From Phoronis australis (taxonomy: Eukaryota > Animalia > Phoronida), in assembly GCA_002633005.1 (NCBI GenBank), contig NMRA01000103.1:303589-339275 (forward strand): a stretch of DNA of 35,687 nucleotides. Reading direction: 5' to 3'. The translations under genes and the position numbers were made by a program. Shown one piece after another: positions 1 through 12,274 of this stretch (position 1 is the first letter of the stretch; every line of letters starts with the position of its first letter). Below the pieces are notes generated by a model. It worked only from the letters and a program-made list of their open reading frames with translations. It was not told the DNA's origin and ran no database searches.

Positions 1-566
1 CATAATAATTAGACAAGTACCACGTAACGCTTCAGTAGCTGAAATTCCCAGATCAGACACCTGCATTGCTCCAGATCATTGGCGTGGCCAGCCAGAGTAC
101 TCTGCGCAAAATCAGCCACTAGTAAGGTACCGGTAATGATTTGGTACAACGTGCCCGAATTTTGAGAACTAGTTTTCTCCATTAAATAACGGGCATCAAG
201 CTGGTTCTCAAAAATACGGACTTTTTATAGCAGACTTGCCGACTAGTAATCCTACTTGGCTAAGAGTGGTCGGTGCTTTAAGAGGCACCAATTTTACTGC
301 TGAAAAATGCATTTTTGGTGTAATTGTTCTTGGATGGGAAACACTGGCTGAAGTTGACCAAACCACATAATTTATTGTGTGAATTTATTATCCCAAAGTT
401 TCAACATTGTCAGACTAGCTGAAATCGAGGACGTTAATTGAGTGGGGTTTAGGTCACACTATGACCACGGAGGCTACAGTTTCGATGCCGCCACAGTGAG
501 GCTGATCTCAGAATTTCACTTTTCTCCCTGATAATGTTACTTTAAGACTAACAATTACATATTTAC

Positions 567-648
567 CACTCCCTGACACAGCTAGGTAACAATATTGTCA
601 CAATATATTGATCACTTCCTGACACAGGTAACAACATTGTCACAATAT
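567..648 (+). repeat. Two-copy tandem repeat (~46-bp period)
   Basis: cact.cctgacacag...gtaacaa.attgtcacaatat at 567-606 and 613-648. Confidence 0.7.
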
Positions 649-1505
649 CCGTACAGTTATGGCACTGCTCATCAAAATTAAATTTGCTAAAATGACAATT
701 TTTTATGGTTACAGCAATTCTTCACCTGTTCAGCAGACAATGTGGTGGACACGTCAAATTTATTTTGTCAAATTGTGGAAAAATATGCGTTACGAAAATT
801 AATACTCTGATTGCTTGGTTTGCAGGGTGCAGATGGTTTAATTGGTAATGGCTTCGACAATAGCAGCAAAGTAACCGGTCCTAGAAAAATGGAAAATTGG
901 CAGTTATTTCAGGGTAAAGTAAAAGTGGAGTACAAGGTTTTTACTTTAAATGAGATTGCGCCCACTTTCAGAAGCCCAAAAATCTGCAACTTCAAGCTAA
1001 GAAATCTTAAGTGTGAGATGGTTCAACATGCTCACAAACCACCCAGGAGCTCTATCCTGGCTTCGATTGAACAAGAAATTCTCACCTGCAAAAGCAAGTT
1101 TTGACTTATACCAGCTACTGTAATAAAAAAATCAATCTTGCCGTGTTCTTCGCTCAGAATAGAAATGACCTTTAGGCTTGAGAGGTTGGATAAGAACACT
1201 GAAATTTCTAGGAAGATAAGTCAGAGTACACACGCTTGCGATAATTCAGTGCTGAAAAAACTTTTCAGCACGTCTGGAAAATTGCTATTAATAGCGACCT
1301 TTTAATTTAGTCACGGAAAACTAGAAGTCACCCTGATTGTAAGCCAGGAATGTACAGAGTCTCACTTTAACAAAAACCCAATTACAATTAGCATATTTTC
1401 GTATTCTCTCTGGGCATCTGCCAAAAAATTGAATCTATGATGAGAATGTAAAAATATGTTGACAACAGCTTTAAGTCGATCAAACCCGCAACAATATATG
1501 AAACA

Positions 1506-2345
1506 TTACGTTTCCACGTCAACAAACATTTCCCCCAACACAGATAATCTCTGCGTAAACTGAGCAGCTGGGCACGTGAACACATGTTCTCTAGGCTTGG
1601 CATGACCCACATCTTCCTCGGTGAGCTCTGCGACTTTTTGTAAATCTAAATCGCTTTCAATGACTACCGATTTCGTCTCCACTTTGAATTTTCCTGTTGA
1701 AGTCATTTTGACACTTTCACTGTCTTTTGCAGTGGAATCCTTCACATTTTGTGCACTATGTTCTACATTGTCCTCAGACGTTTCCCCTTTTGTTAATGTA
1801 TTAGACTCCGAACTATGACGCTGACTTTCAACAGCACCCCCATTTGGGTTTTCACCCACAATTTCTTCGATATGTTTTTCTTCTTCGATTTCATCCTCAA
1901 CAAAATTTTCACCAATTTTCTCATTGGTTTCCGTTCCCTTGCGTTCTGCATTAGAATTCCCTGCATGTTGTAGTTCATTATCTGGATCTTGAGAATTTTC
2001 ACTTTTCCTGCTTCTCACTGGTGTTTGCTCCACATCCACTAAGTCAAGAACCTGCAGCAAATCTATGTTATCCTGATATTGCTGCAGCTCCATCAAGTCT
2101 CGATTCCGTTGAGCACCGCAGCAATAAAGACAAGCGACATCTATTGGGTGAGCTTCTGTATTAAACACATAACCCCCAGCATCTATGATGCAGTCTCCAT
2201 TGGGGGTGTGAATGAGGTCTCCATGGTTACCGTTGTTATGAATGAAATTATCCGGATCAAACAGTAGATAGAGGTATTTAGTGGTCTCCGCCAAGAAGAA
2301 AGATTCCATGCGGTTGTCCAAGCTGTGGTTCCTAACGTCCTTGAC
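1506..2345 (-). CDS. EDEM2: EDEM2 exon 10 (last coding exon)
   Basis: gtcag|[26 protein letters not shown]... through to the TAA stop. Confidence 0.93.
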   Translation of the reverse strand, partial: VKDVRNHSLDNRMESFFLAETTKYLYLLFDPDNFIHNNGNHGDLIHTPNGDCIIDAGGYVFNTEAHPIDVACLYCCGAQRNRDLMELQQYQDNIDLLQVLDLVDVEQTPVRSRKSENSQDPDNELQHAGNSNAERKGTETNEKIGENFVEDEIEEEKHIEEIVGENPNGGAVESQRHSSESNTLTKGETSEDNVEHSAQNVKDSTAKDSESVKMTSTGKFKVETKSVVIESDLDLQKVAELTEEDVGHAKPREHVFTCPAAQFTQRLSVLGEMFVDVET

Positions 2346-5300
2346 CTGACGAGGAAAGCAGACGTACGCAATGACCTTGTGAAATACAGAAACATACTAC
2401 TCTGACAATTCTTCAGTTTGAGACATGAGAAATATCATTCTGTGTGATCACTGAACGAGAGTTGCATTATTACGCGAACCTTTTCATACGATGGTCGGAT
2501 ACTGAGCACTATATGCTTAGTCTCATGGAATGCACCACTTGAAAAACTTGATGTCGGGTAGCGAATTTCTCATAATAGTCATTTTTTGTGACTGCTTGGA
2601 ATAGCAAAGTTTTAGGCATGGCACAAGTAAGTGTGTATTCATTGTAAAATATCCATGGACTCGGTAAGGAAGAATTTTTTGGCTTGTCTATGCATATATG
2701 CCTATTTGCTGCTTGTACGATGTACGTTTTCATAACCTAAGGGACAGATTCTGAATGGTACATGGAGGCATACTTATGTCTAAGGTTAATCAAACTCGTG
2801 AATGAGTCTGCAATGAAATCACTTATAAACTTACTGTTGCATAACCACATTTGGTCCTGGCCGAGTGCTCAATGGACTCTACTATATCAGCACCAATATC
2901 CAACAGATAAGGGTCTTTGGTGGCCTGGTAGAGGTACATGGCACTCTCGATTAGTTCTGGAAAGAAAAGACATGATATGAACGAGGCACTCAAATTTTAT
3001 GAATGGTGTAAAATATTCATTAATGCCCTAATTGTTATGGTTGTACACTTAATAATACAGGTCAATAGTTTTTCCAAATCATGAATGAAAGTCACCCTTT
3101 TTTAGAGAGGCGTTTTGTTGATCGCTTGAGGTTTCATTGGCCATGATCCGAGCCAAACAAAATAAAATAACAATTTCACAGCGTTTTAGCAACTTACTAG
3201 GCACCGGTAAATGCAGTTCATAGAAAATTTAGCAGTGAAAGAGCTAAATCCAGTTTTAGTAAATAAACGTTTCGTCAAGCGAAAATTTACAGTAATATTG
3301 CTACAAATTACTGTACAGTAACTATGGTACTACTACCATTACTGCATTAACTATTACTAATAATAGTCATAAACACATTAGCCCGAAGGTTCCTACCAAA
3401 CACGGGACAAAAAATTGACATGGATCATAACTGGCGACTACCAGCATATGGACTACCAGTAGAGATTTTGACATGAAAATCCAACCCTGGGACCGCTATC
3501 CAACCCCCTGGGGGCCGTACCTGGTCTGAGAGGATAGCCTTCCCTGTGGATGTGTGGCTCCTGCTTCACAATGTTGTAGAACTCCGGTGTGAAGCCAAAC
3601 TGTCGCCACACCTGATGGTAGTTATGAATCGTCTTCATACCTTTATCAACGTCACCGACCAGACTCTGAATAGAAAAGAATTAGGTGTGAACTCAAGACC
3701 TTCACATCAATTCAACTCCAAGTTAATGCCTCAAAAATTTTTGCTGCCAATTACAAAGAAAGCCTAGAAGCCTTATTAATTATAATAAAACGTCATAATT
3801 ATCCTAAATTTCATTTCAACAATGCTTGCCACCACCCATTGGACCAATAGCAAAAGCTATTTTCATACATCATGTTTGGCACTTATTGCTTAATAAAACC
3901 AGGGTAACTTTAATTACAATACAACCACGATTTGACAAGCAGTATGGAGGCTATAAATTTTCTTCTTCATTAAGATGGAACCAACACCACAGATGAATGC
4001 GTAGCATACATCATACATCATTGGTTTAATGAGACAGAGACATACATGAGAGTGATTTAATTTTTAAAACTGCATTTCACCCTGTTTGGCAATCTAAAAA
4101 ATGAAAATCAAATTAGGCCCATTACTCGCACAAAATCAGTCTGTAATAGTGATTCTTTACTGTGATAGGGTTCTATTTCCATCACCAACAAGAATATCTC
4201 TACCACCGGTGACTAAAGAAAATGTTTCAGAGGTTATTGGAGGTGGCTATAAAACCAAAAAATTGCGGATTCTAAAATAGCACATGAAACGTTGGCTGTG
4301 ACTTGAGTTGCAGGCTTATTTGACAATAAGATAATCTCGAATGAGCGTGGTAATAATGTTTTAAAATGCTAAGGCACTTCGGTTAAGAATTCAACATGGA
4401 TAATTTACAGAAAACACATTTCGCGGCATGGATTAGAATATGTCAACCCCACAATTTGTAGTAAACCATTGTATCACCCAGTGTCAACCACTGTGTGATT
4501 AAACTTCAATGATTCTGCACTATTTTGCCCATTGCAAATTTGATGCAGATGTCGCAAATCCCTATTGGTTTCAAATTGAAAAGTTCATTACAACAATATC
4601 GAAAAAACAAGGCAAGGGCACTGGCATGGCTGCATTTTTGATCTTGTCAGATAACGGCAAAAGTGTGTTTATGCCACAGCAGCCACTTGACTTTGTAAAA
4701 TGCGATACTTTTTCGCTTCGTTTACAGGACTAGATCACAGTATAACAAGAAATACTAGTACAATAATTGAACTCACACCCAAAGAAATGGTATGAAATTA
4801 TATTATTTTGGGAATGTTGCAGTTATTTTAAATGATCCCAATAAATGTAATATTTGCCTACATTGGGATTTTACAAGTCATAATTAAGGTTTGATTAATT
4901 ATCTAAGTTTTATGTAAATTTGTGTGTCTACTACTATGCAGCCCTTCTAATACTCACCAACTGCCGTTGTTAACGTGAACACACTCCTCTCACTGACAGT
5001 TTTTTATCATCTCATAATACAACAAGCCAAATCCCACTATCAATTCTGATGCTGCACTCTAACAGTACAGAAACTTTTAAAGTTAAGCATTACTCATCAC
5101 AAACATTTTTTTAAATTCTGGTCTGCATGCCACCTGTTAGCCATGTCGGTTCACTACAATATTCATACAGTAAAGCATTGTTGAAACAAGCACCCTGGAG
5201 TCCACTTACAAACTGCACTCTAAGACTTGAGTTTTCATGGAAAAGAACTGGCAGCATAATGCAGAAACAAGACACTCACAAAGCACTTGGGTATAGACAT

Positions 5301-8300
5301 CTTCACTCACGGAAAAGTAACATCCCAACCTTTACAACCAATCACTTCAGAGGCAACGGTCATTTTGCTAAGATATGGCAGTAAGTTCCTGAGAACATCT
5401 GTGAAGCAGTCACCTTTAACTCAACGTGTGATTTTTCATAGTCTTCTATTTTTTCTAGGATCTATGGAACACAGCCTAGAGTCCCAAAATTGATTCGCAT
5501 TACCTGCAATCCAGGCCAGAATGCCTCTAGAGACTGAAACATTGGTAACGTGATGGAGCCCTTCTTCATATTGGCCCACATGTACCAGTCGTCTCTCTTC
5601 AGATGGCGCTCAATCTGCTTCTCATAGTCTGCACGACTCAGAGAGGAAAACGCTTAGAATTAACATCGATTGCAAATTTTGTATGCTTTTAAAGTTCCAC
5701 ACTACGTTAATTCCATTTATACAAATCAAAAACTTCAAAATGGAACAAATCCAGTTAGCAGTGGTGAGCCTTCACGTTAACACCAGCAGTAAATTTCTTT
5801 TTGTCAGTTGTATCATCATGTATATTAAAAAGCAATAATTTGCCCTTTCAAAGAACAAATTAAAGCAAATTGTTCCACCTCAAAACACGAGCCAAGACAA
5901 CCATGGTTTTCAAAGATGGTGATGCATGAGGATTTAAAGTGGCATTTACACATTAACAAAAATCACGTTTTTATGATTGTGCTACCAAATTAGACAATTT
6001 GGTTCACTGACATAATGGATGTCAAGTATACGTCAGTTGCTAAATGGTTTAAGAAATACAAATTGTAGTGAATATATTGGACACAAAATACTATTCATTG
6101 TCCTGTTGGTAGTGACACACTGTTTGGGAATAACAAGTTACTTTTTGTGGTTCACTCACCAGATTTTTCCAATGGCCTTCTTATAGAAATTTTATATTTT
6201 CACTTCTTGAAGTATTTTACCGCTTCATTTGCATATTGTTTAGTATGAGATAATTATGTTAAAAATAACTTTACTTTGTTAGTGGGGAATATGCAAATTA
6301 CACTTCAAAGCCTTGTCCAGCGCTGTCTTTAAAAATCTCCATTTTGTTTGGTATTTTGTTTGGAACGTGTTTAGCATTTCTAGTCGAGCGCAGCCTTCAC
6401 TGATGGCTTGACTAGCATGATTTCAAAAATTGAAATTAACATAAATTTTAGCATTGGGTTTTGAGTGCAACTGAACAATCTCCATTCCTGTAGTAATTTG
6501 AATATTAAAAGTCGTGCAAATGCAAGCTGTTCGGTTATGATGCATTTTCCAATGAATATGATGACATGTCATTACTGTACCGTGAAACATCTCTATGAAG
6601 TCATGTCGCTGAAACAAGATGCTGCCCTTTACAAGGTACTCAAAATAGGAGTCGACCCCAGCACCGATACCCGAGTCCAGCGCTGTCCACAAACCAGTGT
6701 TCACATCGATGTGGTTACCTACCTGTAACGACAAATGATTCATACACTGCAGTGCAAGACTGTCAGTAAGAAGGCGAATGAAAGCAGGTGGATCAACATA
6801 ATTTTGCTTCTTAGACTGAAATTAATTCGAAAGACCACATCTTGTGCTCGAGGTCCTTACAGGACAGGCAAATGTGCAACCTTTAAGTAAAACAGATGAG
6901 GGGACAGGCATCAACAGAAATCGCTGAGACGTATGATTTCTGAATGTGACCATTTTTAGTGAATACTGACAATTATTACAACTTGAGTTTATCTACTCTC
7001 CACATCTAGGTGGCTTAGAATGAAGGCTTGTCTTCTGCTTAAAGGGATATTAAACCTAGTTTTGCCCTGTACACAGATATTAACGATTTTGACATCTAGC
7101 GCTCTCAATTAAAAAAATGCTATGCAGTCTTCATCAATGCTCAAAGGTTTTGAACTAGTTTGAAAACTTTCAAAGCACGCTTAACCGGCAAGTGTGACCA
7201 ATACCTCAGGTGAGTTACATGACAACTACGGGGAAAGACTATCTAGCAAAAACCACAGGATCCACTTTCTGACACAGTGGTCACGTTAGCTGAGTAATGC
7301 TTTCGTGACTTAGGTCAGCCATGTATGGTGACAAAAAGGGGATTGGCCAAAATGTTAATATCCCTTTAACTGATGCCTGTTGCAGTCTTATTAAAAATGC
7401 ACAAAGCACAAACTGGAGAAGTGTAACTATAGCAACAGACATGTGCATATCAACCTTAAAGAGACAACGCAATGATCGTCCTCCACTGCAGTTTTGAAAA
7501 ATTAACTTAACTTTTGAATTGGGCCACTGATTACCGAAAATTGATCTTCACCAGTGCTCTCTCCTGGATTAAAGTACAGTTTCTTCAAATTAGAAGAAAG
7601 GTTGGTTCCAAAATTGCCACTTCCCTTTGATTTTGCAAATAAATATAATTTCAACATATATGGCCAGATGCATGGAAAAAATACTAAAATGAAAAAACAA
7701 TTTTCCCAATACATTCTTGCTAAGACAATATTTATGAGCCAAAAGTAATACAGCTATTCGCAGGTAAGAAACCAGGGAACAGAAACAGGAGTTACTACTT
7801 TGCAGTTCCCAGTGTTTGTGGCTTTAAAAAGTCCGACCTTACCAAGACCAGGGAACTCACCAGGCCGAGATCTGACCTAAGGCTCCATAGTCTCTGCATG
7901 GCTTGCACTGCCGTGTTTTCAAACACAGGATCACCAGTGAGACGGGAAAGGGTACCAAACTCTACCATGAAGGTTCCTACACCAGCAGTACATGTGACAG
8001 CAGTCTCCCCCTTGGGCACACCATGACGCAGGTTTACTGTGCCGTAGGGCATCCCAGTTGTAGAATTGAATGCTGCAGTAAAAAGCGCAAGACGGTAAAG
8101 GAAGTTAGTTCAGTCAGTTTCAAAACAACACGACTTTACATAAAGTTAACCTTGCATGCAAGTCAGATAACTTGGGGACAACTGGATCTCAGTAAATGAT
8201 AAACTGTGGGTTGACACACAAAATCCACTCTTAGTTTACATTTAAAGCCTAACTTCAACGGAATTCAGTTATTTTAGATGTACTGGGCTAACCTCGGCTG

Positions 8301-11300
8301 GTAGTTTTAGGAAAGTCTTAACAAATTAAGAAAGCGTGAGTTTAATCACACAAATGAAGGCCCGTTAAACAATAGCTGAAGCTGCCTTTTCGCGCCATAT
8401 CGTGTCACCGCGAGATCCCTGCGCAAACAACAAAAGGGATCTGAATAGAACACCATTGCGTGCTGGTGATGTTCGTAGGTGTTTGAAGTAAAAGATGATT
8501 CTTGTGGTGACGTAGACAAAAGCAAACCAATACGCCTTACAGTTCATTACATTTGACAATTTATGGCACTAGTGGGCTCAGAGCGATGCTCTTAATATAC
8601 TGTAGGATCCAAATTTTCAGGTGTTACCATTCAAGATAGGCTTTAACCCTCACTTACGTTATGTAATAGGTGCATCTCTTTTGATAATTATTTAAATTTT
8701 TATTCGTTCCTGGTGCATTGTGTTTTTCAAGTGTTTTTAGCACATTCGTGACAATTAACAAACATATGCTTGAAGACCAGTAATCAATACATCAATTTTG
8801 AATTCATGCGTTTGATTGTCTTTTTAAAACTCATGTTCACAGCTGTTTTGCACTGTGAATGAATGTATTTTGTTCACATGTTCATAGTACTCAGTTTACT
8901 TAAGTCAGATTCCAACGGAAATTGTCAAGTGCCGCCTTTTCCTAAACAGAAACATGTCTCCAAGTTTTCGTGAACATCTTTTAATGGAATGGATGAACAT
9001 GACAGCAATATGCTCCCACACTTTGTTTTCGTACATGCACATACAAAACAGTGGGGAATATCAGCAAATTCAGTAAAAAGGTGTCTACTCACCTGGAAGT
9101 AGTTTCCTGGCCACATTCTCAGCAAGCCTCAGCAAAGGGCCAGAACAGGGCCAGCCCGGTTCTAACTGGAGGCCGGCTCTCTTAGACATGAGGTGGGCCG
9201 ATAGAAGACCACCCACAACTGAAATGCATAGATAAGTATGAGGTTTTCAGGAAGAGGGTGCAATGGCAACCGCCCGCTTTTTCATTTCGAAAGGTTTGGA
9301 ATCACGGAAATGAAGAATGATATAGGCTTGAAACTTGTAAACTTAGACATAGTGTTGCAATGATAGCAGGAAAAATGCATCTAATCTCTCCAAGGAGAAG
9401 TGTTCGCTGGTTATTTGGTGTTTCCACGTTGCTCCTAACCACCGATGACTGGTACTTAATGTATGTATAAGGACATGCATGTTGCATCAAATTTCAGAAA
9501 TTGATACAAGCTGATTATTCAGAACAGTGAACACTCAGATGGTAATGCTTACTGCGAATGTTGGTTTCAAATACAGAGGTGTTGACATCGAGGTCAAACT
9601 CCAACGTTTGCATAACGAGCTCAGCGACCCTCCTGAACTCACTGTAGTTACCAATGATGGCCAGAGTGTCGAGTGCATCTACCAGGGTCAGCGAATAGCT
9701 GAAATTAAAAAGGTCAACAAAAATTAACACGGAAGCACGTGTCATAAGTGATAAGATAAAACAAAAGGCATGCGTCAACTAGTTTTAACTATAGCAACGG
9801 ACCTGATGTTGTCAACTCCCATTCGTCCTGAAGCGTGTGAAACACTGCCATAAACACTGTAGCAAAAAATGTCTCACCATCGAGAACAGGAGCTAAGAAC
9901 CTTGGCTCGGAATCAATGAACGTCTTAATACTGTATATTATACTTGATTTACAAAGTGTCGTACATAGCACTTATCATCAGTAATAGCTTTTAACACATT
10001 TCAAAAAACATGAACATGAATGTACTAGCAACCAGAAAATAAATGTAGAACGATGACCCATGCTGTTTCCAAGGCAACTCAAAAAGTCAAGTTTTATGAG
10101 AACAACAAAACAGTCAAAACTGTTGATGATAACAAACCTTCCCCAAGTATTGTAACCATCACATGTGATTGGTCTTAGTTCATCAAAAGGATAAGCATAC
10201 TTTATGTACCCATCATACGCATGGTAAAACATTGAACGCACTTTCTCCCTGAAATTAAAAATAAATCTATTATTGAAAAGTTAGAATTCTGGGCCCAGTT
10301 GCAAAAAAAAGTTATACACCACATAGAAACAATGACGTTGCAGTATCACACGCCACGTTGTCATTGTTGAACAATCCACACCTGACGTCATTCAACAATC
10401 AAACTTATCCAGCGGTTAATTTTGAAGTTTTATACAACCCAGCCCTGGTGTGCACAGGTTCTGGTGAAGAATTGACATGGACAGATGAAAGACAACGTGT
10501 GCCAAACTATGTCTGATTCCTGTTGGTCATCTATCTAGTGGCCTAGCTCAGTCATTGCACTTGGTGGTCACCCATACATGGTACATACATTTACTCACAC
10601 CGCATGGCAGGTAGTTCTTCTTGTCACCTGGTCATGAAACTTATACCAACAAGTACAGCTAATGCCGGCAGTGATTTATGCAAAATCTGGAAGTCAATTT
10701 ACACTACAGACTGTCTACAGTCATCTCCTAAGTCAAGGTGTCCCTCCATGCACAAAAGTAGGGAGGACAATCAAAAAGTAGGTCACGGTGCTCCATATCT
10801 GCCTCCGTGTAAAACCCACGTCGGTAAATNTGGAAGTCAATTTACACTACAGACTGTCTACAGTCATCTCCTAAGTCAAGGTGTCCCTCCATGCACAAAA
10901 GGTTGTTGTAACAATGTGACTGAGTTTTTAATCAGTGTGAGGCATACTTCGCCGAAAAGCTTCCGGCGAATGAAGCTCCTATAGGCGCTTCATCGTCTAT
11001 AGTTCAACTATACTCGACGGTAGTCACTGTCTCACTAGTACAGTAGTAGCGTAGAGTCTTATACTTATAGGCAATGACCATCGCCTCTGTTGGCCCGAAG
11101 CAGAGGCGATGTAGAGGCTATAGGAGCTCTGTACGCCGGAAGCTTTTCGGCGAATTAGGCCTCGCACCGACTAAACCATCAAAGTCACGTTGTTACAAAT
11201 ACCTTTTGCTCATAGAGGAACACTTTAGGAGGTTGTCGATGTGTTTAATTCCTTCCAACTCGAACAAATACTCCCGTTATGAAACTTTTTCTTCGAGCAG

Positions 11301-12200
11301 TCCCTATTTCAGTTCCCAAAATCGTGAACTCAACTTTTTTATACTGCGCACGCTCCAATTCATGACCTCAATCTTTAAATAGGCCAAAGGTGAGCCATTG
11401 CGGTCTTGTCAGTCAAATGTTCGTTTCCAAAATGCCACCACTTATACTTGTCTTTAATTGGCGTTACTTGAAACTGATTGTATTTCAATGAATCATTGTT
11501 TGTATTTGATAAAAATAAATGCTGTTGATATGACATTTAATAGTCTTTGTGCACATATTTGACATTTTAATGTTTAACAACACGGCAAATGCACGGCTGG
11601 TTCCCGGCAGCACGTACGCGAAGGGCGGGAACTTCAGCTTTCAAAGTTCGCCGGTAGGTCCGCAACTTCTGACCTTCGGCCTGGTTAAAAAAATGAAAAA
11701 GTTGAGTTCACGATTTTGGGAACTGAAATAGGGACTGCTCGAAGAAAAAGTTTCATAACGGGAATATTTGTTCGAGTTGGAAGGAATTAAACACATCGAC
11801 AACCTCCTAAGGTGTTCCTCTATGCGCAAAAGGTATTTGTAACAACGTGACTTTGATGGTTTAGTCGGTGCGAGGCCCAATTCGCCGAAATGCTTCCGGC
11901 GTACAGAGCGCCTATAGCCTCTACATCGCCTCTGCTTCGGGCCAACAGAGGCGATGGTCATTGCCTAAGAGTCTTAGAGACCTGCTGACTGCTCGGGAGT
12001 AGGACCCGAGTCAATATGAAAGATACGTACTTCTTGTTAAGTCAAATTGATGCACCTATCTTCACCGCCAATACCTTCATTCTACGTTACCTGTATGTTC
12101 GGATGTCACTATCATCCCACTGCCTGAGTGAACCGACCGACAAGACGAATAAGAAAACTACGATCAAAACAGTACAACTATGTGTAAAGGAGGCTACCAT
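1506..12200 (-). CDS. EDEM2: ER degradation-enhancing alpha-mannosidase-like protein 2 (GH47), spliced, 692 aa; complement(join(1506..2345,2835..2956,3521..3665,5504..5628,6581..6722,7861..8072,9093..9218,9553..9698,10138..10248,12091..12200))
   Basis: All introns GT-AG with consistent phases (2079 nt in total). N-terminal signal-peptide-like [24 protein letters not shown]. Motifs [107 protein letters not shown], and an EDEM2-type C-terminus [17 protein letters not shown]. Confidence 0.95.
2835..2956 (-). CDS. EDEM2: EDEM2 exon 9
   Basis: [41 protein letters not shown]; ttccag acceptor, gtaagt donor. Confidence 0.93.
3521..3665 (-). CDS. EDEM2: EDEM2 exon 8
   Basis: [32 protein letters not shown]...EGYPLRP; ttcag acceptor, gtacgg donor. 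Confidence 0.93.
5504..5628 (-). CDS. EDEM2: EDEM2 exon 7
   Basis: [41 protein letters not shown]; tgcag acceptor, gtaatg donor. Confidence 0.92.
6581..6722 (-). CDS. EDEM2: EDEM2 exon 6
   Basis: [37 protein letters not shown]; ttacag acceptor, gtacag donor. Confidence 0.93.
7043..7365. mobile_element. TTAA-flanked MITE (Kolobok-like)
   Basis: TTAA|AGGGATATTAA ... TTAATATCCCT|TTAA: perfect 11-bp TIR, TTAA on both sides, purine-start termini. Confidence 0.7.
7861..8072 (-). CDS. EDEM2: EDEM2 exon 5
   Basis: [19 protein letters not shown]...[10 protein letters not shown]; tgcag acceptor, gtgagt donor. Confidence 0.93.
9093..9218 (-). CDS. EDEM2: EDEM2 exon 4
   Basis: [41 protein letters not shown]; tttcag acceptor, gtgagt donor. 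Confidence 0.93.
9553..9698 (-). CDS. EDEM2: EDEM2 exon 3
   Basis: [21 protein letters not shown]...SVFETNIR; ttcag acceptor, gtaagc donor. Confidence 0.93.
10138..10248 (-). CDS. EDEM2: EDEM2 exon 2
   Basis: ttcag|G GAG AAA GTG ... [38 protein letters not shown]|gtttgt. Confidence 0.93.
10683..10901 (+). repeat. 76-bp direct duplication spanning an N
   Basis: 10683-10758 equals 10826-10901 apart from the N at 10830. Confidence 0.85.
10831..10985 (-). repeat. Older, diverged fragment of the same MITE TIR family
   Basis: aggtgtccctccatgcacaaaaggttgttgtaacaatgtgact...ttcgccgaaaagcttccggcg aligns to the arm at 11810-11915. Confidence 0.8.
11070..11965. mobile_element. Non-autonomous foldback DNA transposon (MITE) with 270-bp terminal inverted repeats
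   Basis: 11070-11339 is the reverse complement of 11696-11965, with 6 mismatches and no indels by manual comparison. Ends GGCAATGACC...GGTCATTGCC are flanked by TA on both sides. No transposase inside. Confidence 0.88.
12091..12200 (-). CDS. EDEM2: EDEM2 coding exon 1 (signal peptide)
   Basis: aatATGG start context; hydrophobic stretch; ends TAC AG|gtaacg; phase 2 matches the next exon. Missing from the ORF track. Confidence 0.85.
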
Positions 12201-12237
12201 ATTGAATCTCGCGGTTCCACGTTCGAGATTTATTGTA

Positions 12238-12274
12238 CTTCCTTTTCCTGTCGGCCATATTCGATTAGAGCCAA
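12238..12274 (+). promoter_or_regulatory. RPS10: RPS10 TCT initiator / 5'TOP tract and non-coding exon 1
   Basis: CTTCCTTTTCCT (12238-12249) matches the TCT consensus YYC+1TTTYY (C+1 about 12242). YY1-like GGCCATATT follows. Donor GCCAA|gtgagt at 12275 spliced to 13909 gives GCCAAG-ATG, a strong Kozak context. Confidence 0.8.

Noticed and set aside
153-221. Imperfect hairpin TTTTGAGAACTAG...CTGGTTCTCAAAA as an ncRNA
   Set aside because: No RNA-family signature; more likely a palindromic repeat remnant.
811-1104. 97-aa plus-strand ORF and the other 60-110 aa intronic or antisense ORFs in the track
   Set aside because: Often non-ATG starts, no recognisable motifs or exon context; many are antisense or alternate-frame shadows of real exons.
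11074-11961. Pair of near-identical 102/106-aa ORFs ([12 protein letters not shown]...) on opposite strands
   Set aside because: They are the two TIR arms read inward; similarity stops at the arm boundary and there is no recognisable domain.
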